In this document: piece by piece, positions 41,266-51,073 of the stretch
How positions within the stretch are numbered: position 1 is the first letter of the stretch
Layout: each line of letters opens with the position of its first letter
DNA from: Planctomycetota bacterium
GTDB taxonomy: Bacteria; Planctomycetota; PLA2; JAEUHO01
Assembly: GCA_050248855.1 (NCBI GenBank)
Contig: JBFWRP010000001.1
Coordinates: forward strand, 192,001-256,000
Direction of reading: 5' to 3'
Length of the DNA stretch: 64,000 nt
Notes under the pieces: generated by a model
Seen by the model: the letters and a program-made list of their open reading frames with translations, nothing else
What the model was told of the DNA's origin: nothing
The model's database searches: none
Translations under genes and position numbers: made by a program

Positions 41266-43626
41266 TCAGGGGGTGGCGCGAATCGCTGTGGGCGTGCCGT
41301 CCCAGGGAGTCTTCACCCAACGGAACGACCGGAGCCGCTCGCGCGTGGCCTGGGTCCCGCGGCCCCCCCACGCCGTGTCGCCGTCGAGAACGACCGGGTA
41401 CATGGCCTCGAGCGTCTCCGCGGCCACCCAGCCCAAGCAGCAGTTGGTGTCCAGGAGCTCGAGGACCGTCTCCACCAGGGGGCCCTCGGGAACGCCCTCC
41501 ATGATGGCGTTCTCGAGGATCCACGTCCTGCCGCTCTCCACGAGACGCTGGAGCACTGCCTTCTCACCCGCATCGCCCGACCAGCCCAACGCGACCTCCG
41601 CCTGACGGGCCAGCGGTGACTGCGGATCGTCCCTCCGGGCACGAAGCCAGATGCGGACGCGCTCGTCATCGAGGAGACCGAGGAACGACAGGTCTTCCTC
41701 GAGATCGGCCAGTGCGAGGACCGCGCCGATCGCATCCCCTGCCAGCAGGGCGCCGCGGAACGGTTCGTGGAGCTCCCCACCGCCCTCCTCCTCGTCTTCC
41801 TCGTTCTCGTCCTCATCGCTCGTCCACCGCAGGAAGGAGACCGACCCGGCCAGGTGGCGCACGACGCGCGGATCGAGGCCGGCTCGCAGGAGCAGGGCGC
41901 CTGCGGCCAGGGCCTGCTGGTCCGGCTCCGACGCCACGAGCGTCAAGCGCAGGAAGGCCTCGACAGCCGGATCCGGATGCCGGCCCAGCTCGGCCGCGTC
42001 CTCGTCCATCCACGAGGACCAGCCACGCGCCAAGACCTCCGGCGCCACGTCGAGCCCGAGCCGCAGGCACCACGGCCCGAACGCCTCGACGACATGCCCA
42101 TCCCCCGAGCGCGCCCACGTCACGAGCAGCGACCGGATGCGGTCCGCCTCCAGCTGGAGGAGCTCGACGAGCACCGCGCCGAACGCGCGCCCGTGCTCGT
42201 CGACCCAGCGAGGGGCCTCCGCCTCTTCAAGGCGATCGAGGAGCCGCCGCGCCCGCTCTCCGTCGAGCGAGCCTGGCTCGGCGAGCATGTGCCAGGCCAG
42301 CAGCACGTCCGCGTCAGCGGCGCGTCGGGCGAGCTCGTCTCCAAGCCAAGCGACGTCGTCGTCGTCAGGACCCATGCCCGTCCATGTCCGCTCGTCTTCG
42401 CGAGCTCCCCAGGCGTAGGCATTGCACATCTGCGCGATGTCCTGTGGGTGCCGCCCCTCGTCGTCCTCCAGCAGCACGTCCAGGGCCTCGGCCCGCATGC
42501 GGTCGCGATCGGCCAGCCACCTCCAGTCGGGGTCGATGTCGTCCCAACCGCCCTCTTCGCGGTTGAGCAGCGCGCGCGCCTCCGGCAGGCCGGTGCTCGC
42601 CCAGGCGGCAAGGGCCGCTTCCCCCAGCTCGTCGGTGCCTCCCCGGAACCCGGTGGCGTGGCTCACGACGGTGGCCTTCCCCCCTTCGAGACCAGCGAGC
42701 TTGCGCATGGTCGTGAGCAGCAGGTGCCTCTCGACGTCATGGTTGGAGCGCTGGCTCCCCGCGGCATCCGCTAGCGCCTCCAGGAGCGCAACATCGGCTT
42801 CCGTGAACACCCGCGCCGCCGTGACGCGGCGCAGCCACCTGAGCGAGAGGTCCGTGCCGGCCTCGGTGGGTTCCGCCGCCGTGCGACCGTCGATCCACGC
42901 GCGAAGCAGTACGTCGTGCTGCGCATCGAAGGTCGCGGGCTGCGCGGACCGGGGCGGCTCGGAAGCACCGCCATCCTGCTGCGCCCGCCGTCGCGCCTGG
43001 AACGCCAGGAAGCAGCGAGCCAGACCCTCGCGATGACGCTCGGACCGGTCGCAATCGGCCATCACGCCGCAGGTCAGCGACAAGGGAGCCAACCACGACT
43101 CCGGGCACACGGCGACGACCTCCGCCAGCACGTCGGCATGCGCTGGACGGGCCACGCGATGCAGCAGCTCGATGTCCCCCGGGCTGACCTCGTCCGAATG
43201 CTCCAGGGCCGCCCGCATCGCCACCGGCCAGTCGACCGAACCGAAACCGATCGACGTGAACGCCGCCGGCTCTTCCGCACCTGGTCCCGCAGGCTCGGAG
43301 AACCACCACGCCGGCTGCTGCGCTCGCAGCGCCGCAGCACGCGCAACCTCGTCGACGGAGAGATGGGGCCACCCGATCACCAGCGAGGCGGCACGAGCAG
43401 CAGCCTCGTCATCGCCCCCGAGCGCCTCGCGGGCGAGCTCGATCCGCTCGGGCACGGGCAGCTCGAGCCAGGCTTCGACGGTGGCCTCGTGGCTTTCCGC
43501 CTCTTCGTCCACCAACACGGGGAGACGGATCCGTGCCCCCGGTGCGTCCTCTTCCGCGCGCGTGACGCCGCCCGCGACGAGGACGACCCCGAAGACGATC
43601 CCTGCCAGCACCGCTCGTCCGGACAT
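41266..43626 (-). CDS. Large exported hypothetical protein (acidic, helical)
   Basis: Signal peptide MSGRAVLAGIVFGVVLVAGGVTRA; 786-aa ORF; GAGGGA RBS. Confidence 0.7.
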   Translation of the reverse strand: MSGRAVLAGIVFGVVLVAGGVTRAEEDAPGARIRLPVLVDEEAESHEATVEAWLELPVPERIELAREALGGDDEAAARAASLVIGWPHLSVDEVARAAALRAQQPAWWFSEPAGPGAEEPAAFTSIGFGSVDWPVAMRAALEHSDEVSPGDIELLHRVARPAHADVLAEVVAVCPESWLAPLSLTCGVMADCDRSERHREGLARCFLAFQARRRAQQDGGASEPPRSAQPATFDAQHDVLLRAWIDGRTAAEPTEAGTDLSLRWLRRVTAARVFTEADVALLEALADAAGSQRSNHDVERHLLLTTMRKLAGLEGGKATVVSHATGFRGGTDELGEAALAAWASTGLPEARALLNREEGGWDDIDPDWRWLADRDRMRAEALDVLLEDDEGRHPQDIAQMCNAYAWGAREDERTWTGMGPDDDDVAWLGDELARRAADADVLLAWHMLAEPGSLDGERARRLLDRLEEAEAPRWVDEHGRAFGAVLVELLQLEADRIRSLLVTWARSGDGHVVEAFGPWCLRLGLDVAPEVLARGWSSWMDEDAAELGRHPDPAVEAFLRLTLVASEPDQQALAAGALLLRAGLDPRVVRHLAGSVSFLRWTSDEDENEEDEEEGGGELHEPFRGALLAGDAIGAVLALADLEEDLSFLGLLDDERVRIWLRARRDDPQSPLARQAEVALGWSGDAGEKAVLQRLVESGRTWILENAIMEGVPEGPLVETVLELLDTNCCLGWVAAETLEAMYPVVLDGDTAWGGRGTQATRERLRSFRWVKTPWDGTPTAIRATP

Positions 43627-43746
43627 GCACCGTCCCTCGCGGCGGATGGACACGCCACCCACGCCCACAGCCTTCAAGAACGCGGCCCGCCGTCGTGCGC
43701 AGCGGCGCGCCGCCACCAGGCCAGGCGACGAGCCTATCCGCGCGCC

Positions 43747-44982
43747 TCAGGCCGACGCACGCACCTCGTGGGCGGCGCAGGCGGGGCAGATGCCGTGCGT
43801 GACGCGCAGCGACCCCTCGCGCGGCACGAAATGGCCGATCGGGAGCCACTCGCCCGTGGCGTCCCGGACGCACTCACACCAGGCGCAGATGGCCACGTGG
43901 TCGTCGCCGCGGGCCCGCGTGAGGAGGCCGCGGGCGGGGCGGGCGGCGTCCTCGTCCAGAAGCCGCGCCACCCGACGCAGCAGCTCGCTCTGCTCCTCCA
44001 GGAAGCGCTTGCGGAAACGCGCCAGCACACGCCGGCTCGCACCGTCGTCCAGCCCCAGCTCCGCGAGGCGGCCCCCGGAGCCCTCGACGTCGTGGAGTCG
44101 GAGCAACACGGCGGCCGCGACGATCTCGTCGATGCCCCGGATCAGGGGCGCGGCACGCTCGTCGTCCATGGCCTCGAGCTGGCGGGCCACGGCGTTGCCC
44201 TCGTGGATGGACTCGGCGCGTAGCAGCGGCTGACCGCGCGTGGCCTCGAGCAGCTCGAGGGTCTCGCGGCCGAGGCGCAGGGCGTCCTCGACATTGCCCA
44301 GCAAGCACGCGGCGTTCACCTCGAGCGGCAGCTGACCCAGTCGGCGAAACGGAGGCGTGAGGCCCAGACGAGCCACGCGCGCGAAGATGCCCTGCGCCAC
44401 GCGCGGATGCCCCTCCCTCAACGCCACGTGCGCATCCATCATGGCCAGCGCCCAGCGGTAGATGGACTCCATGCCGTGGCCCTCGCGCTCGAAAAACGCG
44501 CGATAGCGCTCCACGTGCGCACGGGCCGTGGCCAAGTCATCGCACAACATGGCCAACGTGCCCGCGGCCGAGCAGTAGCCCATCTCCAGACCCGGCATCG
44601 GCGCCTCGAGCGCGTCCAGGACCCGCCGCAGCTGCCCCAACGTCGGGGCGAGCTCGTCCACGAGGTGCAGCTTGGCCAGCGCACCGCACTGACCCGTGAG
44701 GCCATGGGCCAGGGCGGGGCGCGCCGTGGCCCCGCCGGACTCGGCAAGCGCCTGGATGCGCACGCCCAGCAGGTGGGCCTCGAGGTAGCGCCCCGCCCGC
44801 CCGTACAGCGTCATCAACGTGCGCAGCGCCAGGACCTCGTCGCCGGGGTGGCCCCCGCGCGTGGTGCGCACGAGCTCGCGGAGGTGCTGCTCGGCCTCGT
44901 CACCGCGCCCGGCATCGGCCAGCGCGCGCCCGGCATGTACCTCGGCCAGATGTTCCGGCCTCGGCTCCCAGAGGACGTCCAT
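43747..44982 (-). CDS. TPR-like helical protein with C-terminal Cys/His metal-binding motif
   Basis: Helical repeats; ICAWCECVRD..W..THGICPAC. Confidence 0.7.
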   Translation of the reverse strand: MDVLWEPRPEHLAEVHAGRALADAGRGDEAEQHLRELVRTTRGGHPGDEVLALRTLMTLYGRAGRYLEAHLLGVRIQALAESGGATARPALAHGLTGQCGALAKLHLVDELAPTLGQLRRVLDALEAPMPGLEMGYCSAAGTLAMLCDDLATARAHVERYRAFFEREGHGMESIYRWALAMMDAHVALREGHPRVAQGIFARVARLGLTPPFRRLGQLPLEVNAACLLGNVEDALRLGRETLELLEATRGQPLLRAESIHEGNAVARQLEAMDDERAAPLIRGIDEIVAAAVLLRLHDVEGSGGRLAELGLDDGASRRVLARFRKRFLEEQSELLRRVARLLDEDAARPARGLLTRARGDDHVAICAWCECVRDATGEWLPIGHFVPREGSLRVTHGICPACAAHEVRASA

Positions 44983-45057
44983 GCCGCCTCGACCTCCTAC
45001 GTACCCCCTTCCATCGGCCAGCGGAGGCTCCAACCGACGCGGGTTTCGCGGACCGCG

Positions 45058-45615
45058 TCAGGCCCCGGGCCACTGCCACGCGAAGATCGCGCCGGTGACC
45101 ACGGCGTACAGCAGGCCCTCGACGACGGTGCGCATGGTCGAGCCCCATGGACGGCCCTTCCAGATGGAGTCCGCGGGTCCTTGCCAGGCGTAGGCAAGCC
45201 AGGAGGTGGCACCCACGATCTGCAGGACGTGCAGGAAGTCGGCGCCCGATGCGATCGAGGCGCGCGCGAGGTAGGCCACGATCGCGGTGACCACCAGCAC
45301 GTAGACGACCCACTGCCCGAGGAACGGGCCCAGCTTCATGCCGCCGGGCGCGCGCGACCAGATGGTGAGGACGGGGCCCTCTTCGAAGCGCCGCATCATC
45401 TCGGCATCGGCCATCTGCTTGGGATCCACGCAGTGCGGGACGATGTACTGGCCCGGCGGGAGTCCCTTCAAGGCGGCGCGCGTCCCGGGCTCGTCGGGCA
45501 CGGGGTTGTAGTGGGCCGCGTGCCACGCGAGCACCATGTGGACGGCGAAGCTGGCGAAGAACACCGCCACCACGGACAGGGCGATCGGCAGCAAAAGGGC
45601 GGACCAAGCGACCAT
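45058..45615 (-). CDS. Conserved hypothetical membrane protein
   Basis: Four hydrophobic helices; HMVLAWH, PGQYIVPH and SIWKGRPW; GGGAGG RBS. Confidence 0.75.
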   Translation of the reverse strand: MVAWSALLLPIALSVVAVFFASFAVHMVLAWHAAHYNPVPDEPGTRAALKGLPPGQYIVPHCVDPKQMADAEMMRRFEEGPVLTIWSRAPGGMKLGPFLGQWVVYVLVVTAIVAYLARASIASGADFLHVLQIVGATSWLAYAWQGPADSIWKGRPWGSTMRTVVEGLLYAVVTGAIFAWQWPGA

Positions 45616-45717
45616 GCGAGCCTCCCGCGGGCACGACGTCCCGTTCGCCCGCCGAGCCTGCGACATGCCGCTCCGGCCGTCAACCACCACCGACCGGAGC
45701 CGTCGGCAGGAGCTCGT

Positions 45718-46143
45718 TCAGCCGAGCAAGCCTCCCAAGCCCGGGACCTTGGCCGCGATCGACTTCTTGAGGTCCGGCGGCAGCTTCTCGCGCAGGAACT
45801 TCACGAACATCTCGAGGAACGACTTGGCCTTGTCCATGCTCAATCCCGACTTGGCCAAGGCCGCCATCGCGCCCCCTGCGCCACCCAGGAGGCCCTCGGC
45901 CTTGCCGGCCAGCCCCCCGAGCACGCCCCCGAGCCCCCCACCGCCGCTCGAACCGCCACCGCCCGCTGCCTTGCTGGCGAGCCCCTCGGCGCCGGGAACT
46001 GCCGCGGCCAGCTTGCCGAAGTCCACCTCACCCACGTGCTTCTTCACGAAGTCGAGCAGCCCGCCCGCGCCGGCGGAGGCCGCTCCCGCGTCGATGCCCA
46101 GAGCCTTCGAGGCCGATCCGATGAAGTCCTGGATGCCTGCCAT
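45718..46143 (-). CDS. Small Gly-rich protein (DUF2780-like)
   Basis: AAGGAG RBS; AGAGGLL..LAAAVPGAEGL..AALAKSGLS pattern. Confidence 0.7.
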   Translation of the reverse strand: MAGIQDFIGSASKALGIDAGAASAGAGGLLDFVKKHVGEVDFGKLAAAVPGAEGLASKAAGGGGSSGGGGLGGVLGGLAGKAEGLLGGAGGAMAALAKSGLSMDKAKSFLEMFVKFLREKLPPDLKKSIAAKVPGLGGLLG

Positions 46144-46251
46144 GCTCGCTCCTTGTCGGTTGCGTGGAGAACCAGCGTAGCGCGACGGACGCTCGGGGTG
46201 GGCGCGACGCATGCACAGGCAATCCCGTATCCTCCCGGCAGGGAGGTCGAG

Positions 46252-48000
46252 ATGCGCTGGACGACGCTCGCGCTGTTCGGGCTGGCCGCGTTGCTCGCAC
46301 GGCCCGCCCTCGCCGAGGGGCGTGCGCTCCGCGGACGCGTCGTGGACGCCGACGGCGCCCCCGTCTCGGGTGTCACGGTGGCCTTGGCGTGGACGATCGA
46401 GCCCGGCAAGGCCCCCGAGCCCATCGCCCCGGTCGCGACCGACAACGACGGGCACTTCGCGATCACGCCGCCGGCTCGCGGACTGGCCACGACCCTGCTG
46501 GCGATCGACACGACGAACGCGCGCGGTGCCGTGGCCACGGTCCGCGCGGAGCAGCGCCATCGGCCGGTCACGCTCGCGCTCGGTCCCCTCGTGTCGCTCC
46601 GTGGGAAGGCGCTCCTGGAGGGGTCCAACGTCTTCCCGTTCGGCCTCGAGGCGTGGTTGGCGCACGGCGACGACCCCACGCAGGCCGTCAAGGTCCACTT
46701 CGACAGGTCCACGTTCGATGTGCGGATACCGGCGGGGACGTGGACCGTCACGATCCGCAGCCAGCAGTGCGCGGCGGTGACGGAGCAGGTCGCGTTGACC
46801 GCCGATGCCGGGGACGGTCGCGACGTGGCCGTCGAGCTGCGCGAGCAACCGCGTCGGGCCAACGTCGACCAGCTCGCGCCCCCGCTCCCGTTCCGCGAGC
46901 TTTCCAGCGGCGCGAAGGACCTTCTTTCGCTGGCACACTTCCCACCGCGCTGGACGATCTACTACTACTTCGACTACACCTGAGGCAGCTGCGTGTTCGG
47001 CGGTCTGCCGGACCTCCTCGAGGCCCAGGGCGAGCTCTCCGCGTGGTCCGACCGGATGGCCATCGTCGGGGTCCACCAGTTCACGGCGCCGACCCTGGAC
47101 GCGGTGCACGACGGCTTCCGCACGGCAGCGGCGCGCATCCCGCGCATCACGACGCGCTTGCCGGACCTCCTCGTGCTCGACAACCAGAGCGGTGGTTGGA
47201 GCGGGCTCTGGGACCCGGATGGCTTGGGCGACATGGTCCTCGTGGACCCGCACGGTCGGGTGGTCGCGCGCGGCAAGTCCTGCGTGGACGCCCTCAAGCG
47301 CAAGCTCGACGCGCTGCAGCGGGAGTTCGAGACGAACGTGGCGGCCTTGCGCAGCGCAACGACGCGCGAGGAGACGGAAGCGGCCATCGGCCGCGTGCTG
47401 GGCTCGGAGCTTCCGCGCGCCGAGCGCACGCTGCTCGAGCTCGCCGACACGCTTCCGAGCGAGAAGTGCGCGCCGCTCTACGCCGCGCTGCTCGACATGG
47501 GCCAGTCCGCGCCGTTGGTCCAGGCCCTGGCCACGGGCGATCGCTCCCAGCGCGACGCCGCCCGCGAGGTCATGCGCGCGAAGCCGCGGCCCCAGTGGAC
47601 GACCCACCTGCTCGAGCGTGCCCGGGACGGCAAGCTGGACGTGGAGGAGGTCGTCAGCCTGCTCGAGCTCGCGATCGAGCTCGCGGACGACAGGACGCCC
47701 GTGGAGGCCCTCCTCCTGGACCTCACCAAGGGCGGCTCGTTCTCCCGCCGCAAGCACCTGATCCCCCTGCTCGGTCGGCTGCGCACACCGGGTGCCAAGG
47801 AACGCCTGTTGAGCCTGCTGGAGAAGGGGGGCAACCCGCTCCTGCGCCGCCTCGCCGCCGAGGCGCTGCCGGCCTGGAGCGACGATGACGTACGTGCCGC
47901 CCTCAAGGCGGCCGCCGCCAAGGACCGTAACGACGACGTGCGTGCCGCCGCCAAAGAGGCCCTGGCCGCGATCGAGGCCAGAGGCAGCGACGCCGGCTGA
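46252..48000 (+). CDS. Probable exported selenoprotein: carboxypeptidase-regulatory-like domains, redoxin with UxxC, HEAT repeats (582 aa, Sec244)
   Basis: GGGAGG RBS and signal peptide; GRVVDADGAPVSGVTV; single in-frame TGA at 46981-46983 in IYYYFDYT-U-GSC..LP.L..IVGVH..VLVDPHGRVV; C-terminal HEAT repeats. Confidence 0.8.
46995..47013 (+). promoter_or_regulatory. Candidate bacterial SECIS element
   Basis: GUUCGGC-GGUCU-GCCGGAC hairpin starting 11 nt after the UGA. Confidence 0.72.
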
Positions 48001-48025
48001 TCCCTCGGGGGACCAAAGACCCGCA

Positions 48026-49005
48026 GGGCGGCGGGATCCCGCCGCTTGCCGAAATTTCGGCGCGCCCGAGAGCCCGGAGTTCAGGCCTCGCGGGCTTCCG
48101 AATTCTCGGCAGGCTCTCCGGCGGGATCCCGCCGCCCGCGGGACACCGTGGATCCCGAGACCCCGGGCTCGACGCGTCGGAGGCGGTCCCTCCGTCGGGG
48201 CCCCCGCGGTTCGCGTACCGAGCCCGGTGAGATTCCCGCTTCACGCCGGGGCGCCCCTGACGGCGCGGTCACGCACGGGAGCGTGAAGTCGGAATCTCAC
48301 CCGGCTCGTCCGCCGCGTTCGCTACCGGAGGACCACCCGGTGCGAGAGCTCCCGGTCGGCGGTGAGGGAGAACTCGAGCCGGGCGGTGGCATGCCGCCGT
48401 TTGCCGAAATTTCGGCGCGCCGGAGAGCCCGGAGTTCAGGCCTCGTGGGCTGCCGAAATTTCGGCAGGCTCTCCGGCGGTATCCCGCCGCCTGCGGAACA
48501 CCGGGGAGCCCGAGCCCCGAGCTCGACGCGTCGGACGCGGTCCCTCCGTCGGGGCCCCCGCGGTTCGCGTACCGAGCCCGGTGAGATTCCCACTTCACGC
48601 CGGGGCGCCCCTGACGGCGCGGTCACGCACGGGAGCGTGAAGTCGGAGTCTCACCCGGCTCGTCCGCCGCGTTCGCAACCGGAGGACCACCCTGTGCGAA
48701 AGCTCCTCGTCGGAGGTGAGGGAGAGCTCGAGCCGGGCGGCGGCATACCGCCGTTTGCCGAAGTTTCGGCGCGCCCGTGAGCCCGGAGTTCAGGCCTCGC
48801 GGGCTGCCGAAACTTCGGCAGGCTGCCCGGCGGTATCCCGCCGCCCGCGGGACACCGTGGATCCCGAGACCCCCCGGCTCGACGCGTCGGAGGCGGTCCC
48901 TCCGTCGGGGCCCCCGCGGTTCGCGTACCGAGCCGCGTTCGCTATCGGAGGACCACCCGGTGCGAAAGCTCCTCGTCGGAGGTGAGGGAGAGCTCGAGCC
49001 GGGCG
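48026..49005. repeat. Tandem array of ~355-bp palindrome-rich units (355, 354 and 266 bp)
   Basis: Units at 48026-48380, 48381-48734 and 48735-49000; GCCGAAATTTCGGC and GGCGGGATCCCGCC palindromes; each unit ends in a copy of the neighbouring gene's 3' end. Confidence 0.92.
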
Positions 49006-51050
49006 CCGGTTCCGTGGGCGCCTCGCCGCGCCACGAGCACCGTGAGCGGGCCCGCGGGGAGTCCGTGAAGCCCAAGCAACCCCTCCGGCGCCGCATGGAG
49101 CGCGGAGCCGACGAGCACCACGGCGTCCACGGGCGTGCCGTCCTCCTCCGCGATCTCCAAGCGCAGGCGTGCCGGGCCCCAGCGCAAGACCAGGGTCCCC
49201 TCGTCCGGGGCGCGCCCTCCCAGCGTCTGCCAGCCATCGCGTCGCACGACGACCCACTCTCCGGGGCGCGCGGTGTCGTCGTAGGGCCGCTCGTCGGGAC
49301 CGTACTCGCCGTGCGGTCCCTCGCAGCGGATCTGGACGTCCGTGGCAGAGACAACAGGCAGGCCTTCGCCTACGCGAACGTGCGCACCGGGGCCGGAGAT
49401 GTCGACCCAGGCCTCGCGGCGCGGCCCCTTGCGGCCTGCGCGCCACGCGACACGCAACCGTCCGCGCGCGTCCGTGAGGATCCTGTCCTTCTCGTACCAG
49501 GCGAAGGCCGACCGCATCCCATCGAACAGCTCCAGGGCTTCCGAGCCGGACGGAAGCTCGATGACGGCCGGTTCGGGTACGGCCACCGTGACCGTCCGCT
49601 CGCCGTCCACTTCGGGGCCTACGACGAAGTCAAGGCGCGGACGGTCAGGCAGCTCGACCTGAAGGGCGGCCGGAGCATCCGCGGGGAGGGCGGGCCGTGC
49701 GCCCGGGCCGTCGATGCCGTCCTCCGTCTCGCGCTCCACGACGAGGGTGAGCGTCGCGCCCTCCGGTACGACGCCTTGGATGCGCAGACGCGGTCGAGCC
49801 CGTGCCGTCACGTCCACGCGTACGCGCCCCCCGGTGGGCACGTCCACGCGCAGGGGATCGAAGGTCCACGCGGAGAACGCGCTCGCGGGCTCCACCCGGA
49901 CGGGGCCGGCACAAACCTCGAACGCGACCTCACCGGGGCGCACATCGTCGTCCTCGTCGTCGGGAGACCGGGTCGATTCCGCATCGCCCCGCCCCGTGGC
50001 CAAGGACACGGCGCGAACGGACATGTCGGAGGCAGGCTCCCCCGAAGGCGTGCGCACGCTCACGACGAGCGTTCCGTCGCGCTCCGGCTCAAGGACCCCG
50101 AGACCGTCTACCACGATGCGCAGGTCGTCGCCCGCGCTCGGGTCCTCGACGAACCACGACCCCGTCTCCGAGGTGTAGTCGCCGGGCACGAAGACCTGGA
50201 GCTCGTCCCAGGCGCCCTCGACGCCCTCCAACACGAATCGCCCCTCGGCATCCGTCACCGCGGCCGGCCCGCGCTGCTCGTTCCACGCCCGGACCACGGC
50301 GCCCACGACGGGACGACCCAGCACGTCCACGACCACGCCTGCGTGGCGAACGGCCCGACGGGGTAGAACGAGGATTCCCTCGCGACCGAGCGACGCGAAA
50401 CGATCCGTGGCGTAGAGATCCGAGGCCAGGCACGTTCCTTCGACCCACAGCTGGCTGCCCGACGGAACGCCAAGCAGCCCCACGTCGAACGAGCCGTCCG
50501 GCCCCGTGCGGGCACCGGCATAGGGCGTTCCGTGACTGCAGCCGCCGAGGACGTCCACGCGCGCGTCGACGACAGGGCGTCCGAGGATGTCGCGAACGAC
50601 CCCCCGGAGGATCTGCCCGCGGTGCAGCTCGACCTGCGCCTCGGGAACGACGCCGTACTCGTGGTGCGGCGCGTACCCCTCCGCCAGCACGATCCAGTGC
50701 GAGTCGGACGTCCACGCATCGCGCGCGACGGGGACGCTCGCGACACCCAGCGCGTCGGTCACGGCCATGGACAGCACGGCGTCGTGCCAGCGCCGCCAGC
50801 CCGCAATCCACTCCGGCGTGCGCACCCAGCGGGCGCCGACCACCGGTTCGCGCGTCTCCGCGTCGACCACACGAACCGCGAACACGTCTTGCTCGAGTGC
50901 GTCGTCCGCCCGGTGCTGCTCCGGATCGGGCAGGACGCCCGTCCACGGCTCCTCCGTGACCACCTCGCCTGCCAAGGCATCCGCAGAGGCAGCTCCGGCC
51001 AGGAGGACGGCGAATCCAACGACGGCGCGAAGGAAGGTGATCGTGCGCAT
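48942..51050 (-). CDS. Exported protein with carboxypeptidase-regulatory-like (transthyretin-like) repeats
   Basis: Signal peptide; repeated VRVVDAETREPVVGA, GVVRDILGRPVVDARV, GVVVDVLGRPVVGAVV and TDAEGRF. Confidence 0.8.
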   Translation of the reverse strand: MRTITFLRAVVGFAVLLAGAASADALAGEVVTEEPWTGVLPDPEQHRADDALEQDVFAVRVVDAETREPVVGARWVRTPEWIAGWRRWHDAVLSMAVTDALGVASVPVARDAWTSDSHWIVLAEGYAPHHEYGVVPEAQVELHRGQILRGVVRDILGRPVVDARVDVLGGCSHGTPYAGARTGPDGSFDVGLLGVPSGSQLWVEGTCLASDLYATDRFASLGREGILVLPRRAVRHAGVVVDVLGRPVVGAVVRAWNEQRGPAAVTDAEGRFVLEGVEGAWDELQVFVPGDYTSETGSWFVEDPSAGDDLRIVVDGLGVLEPERDGTLVVSVRTPSGEPASDMSVRAVSLATGRGDAESTRSPDDEDDDVRPGEVAFEVCAGPVRVEPASAFSAWTFDPLRVDVPTGGRVRVDVTARARPRLRIQGVVPEGATLTLVVERETEDGIDGPGARPALPADAPAALQVELPDRPRLDFVVGPEVDGERTVTVAVPEPAVIELPSGSEALELFDGMRSAFAWYEKDRILTDARGRLRVAWRAGRKGPRREAWVDISGPGAHVRVGEGLPVVSATDVQIRCEGPHGEYGPDERPYDDTARPGEWVVVRRDGWQTLGGRAPDEGTLVLRWGPARLRLEIAEEDGTPVDAVVLVGSALHAAPEGLLGLHGLPAGPLTVLVARRGAHGTGARLELSLTSDEELSHRVVLR

Positions 51051-51073
51051 GTTCTTGACAACGTACGCGAGAG

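Noticed and set aside
37890..48000. Genome-wide UGA reassignment (code 4 or 25) as the explanation for the in-frame TGAs
   Set aside because: Many genes clearly end in TGA with coupled ATGA/GTGA overlaps and Trp is encoded by TGG; read-through is needed only at the two redox-site positions.
48322..49004. Diversity-generating retroelement TR/VR pair
   Set aside because: Differences between copies are not adenine-specific, and no reverse transcriptase is present in the window.
48026..49005. CRISPR array
   Set aside because: Whole ~355-bp units repeat, including the sequence between palindromes; there are no unique spacers and no cas genes.
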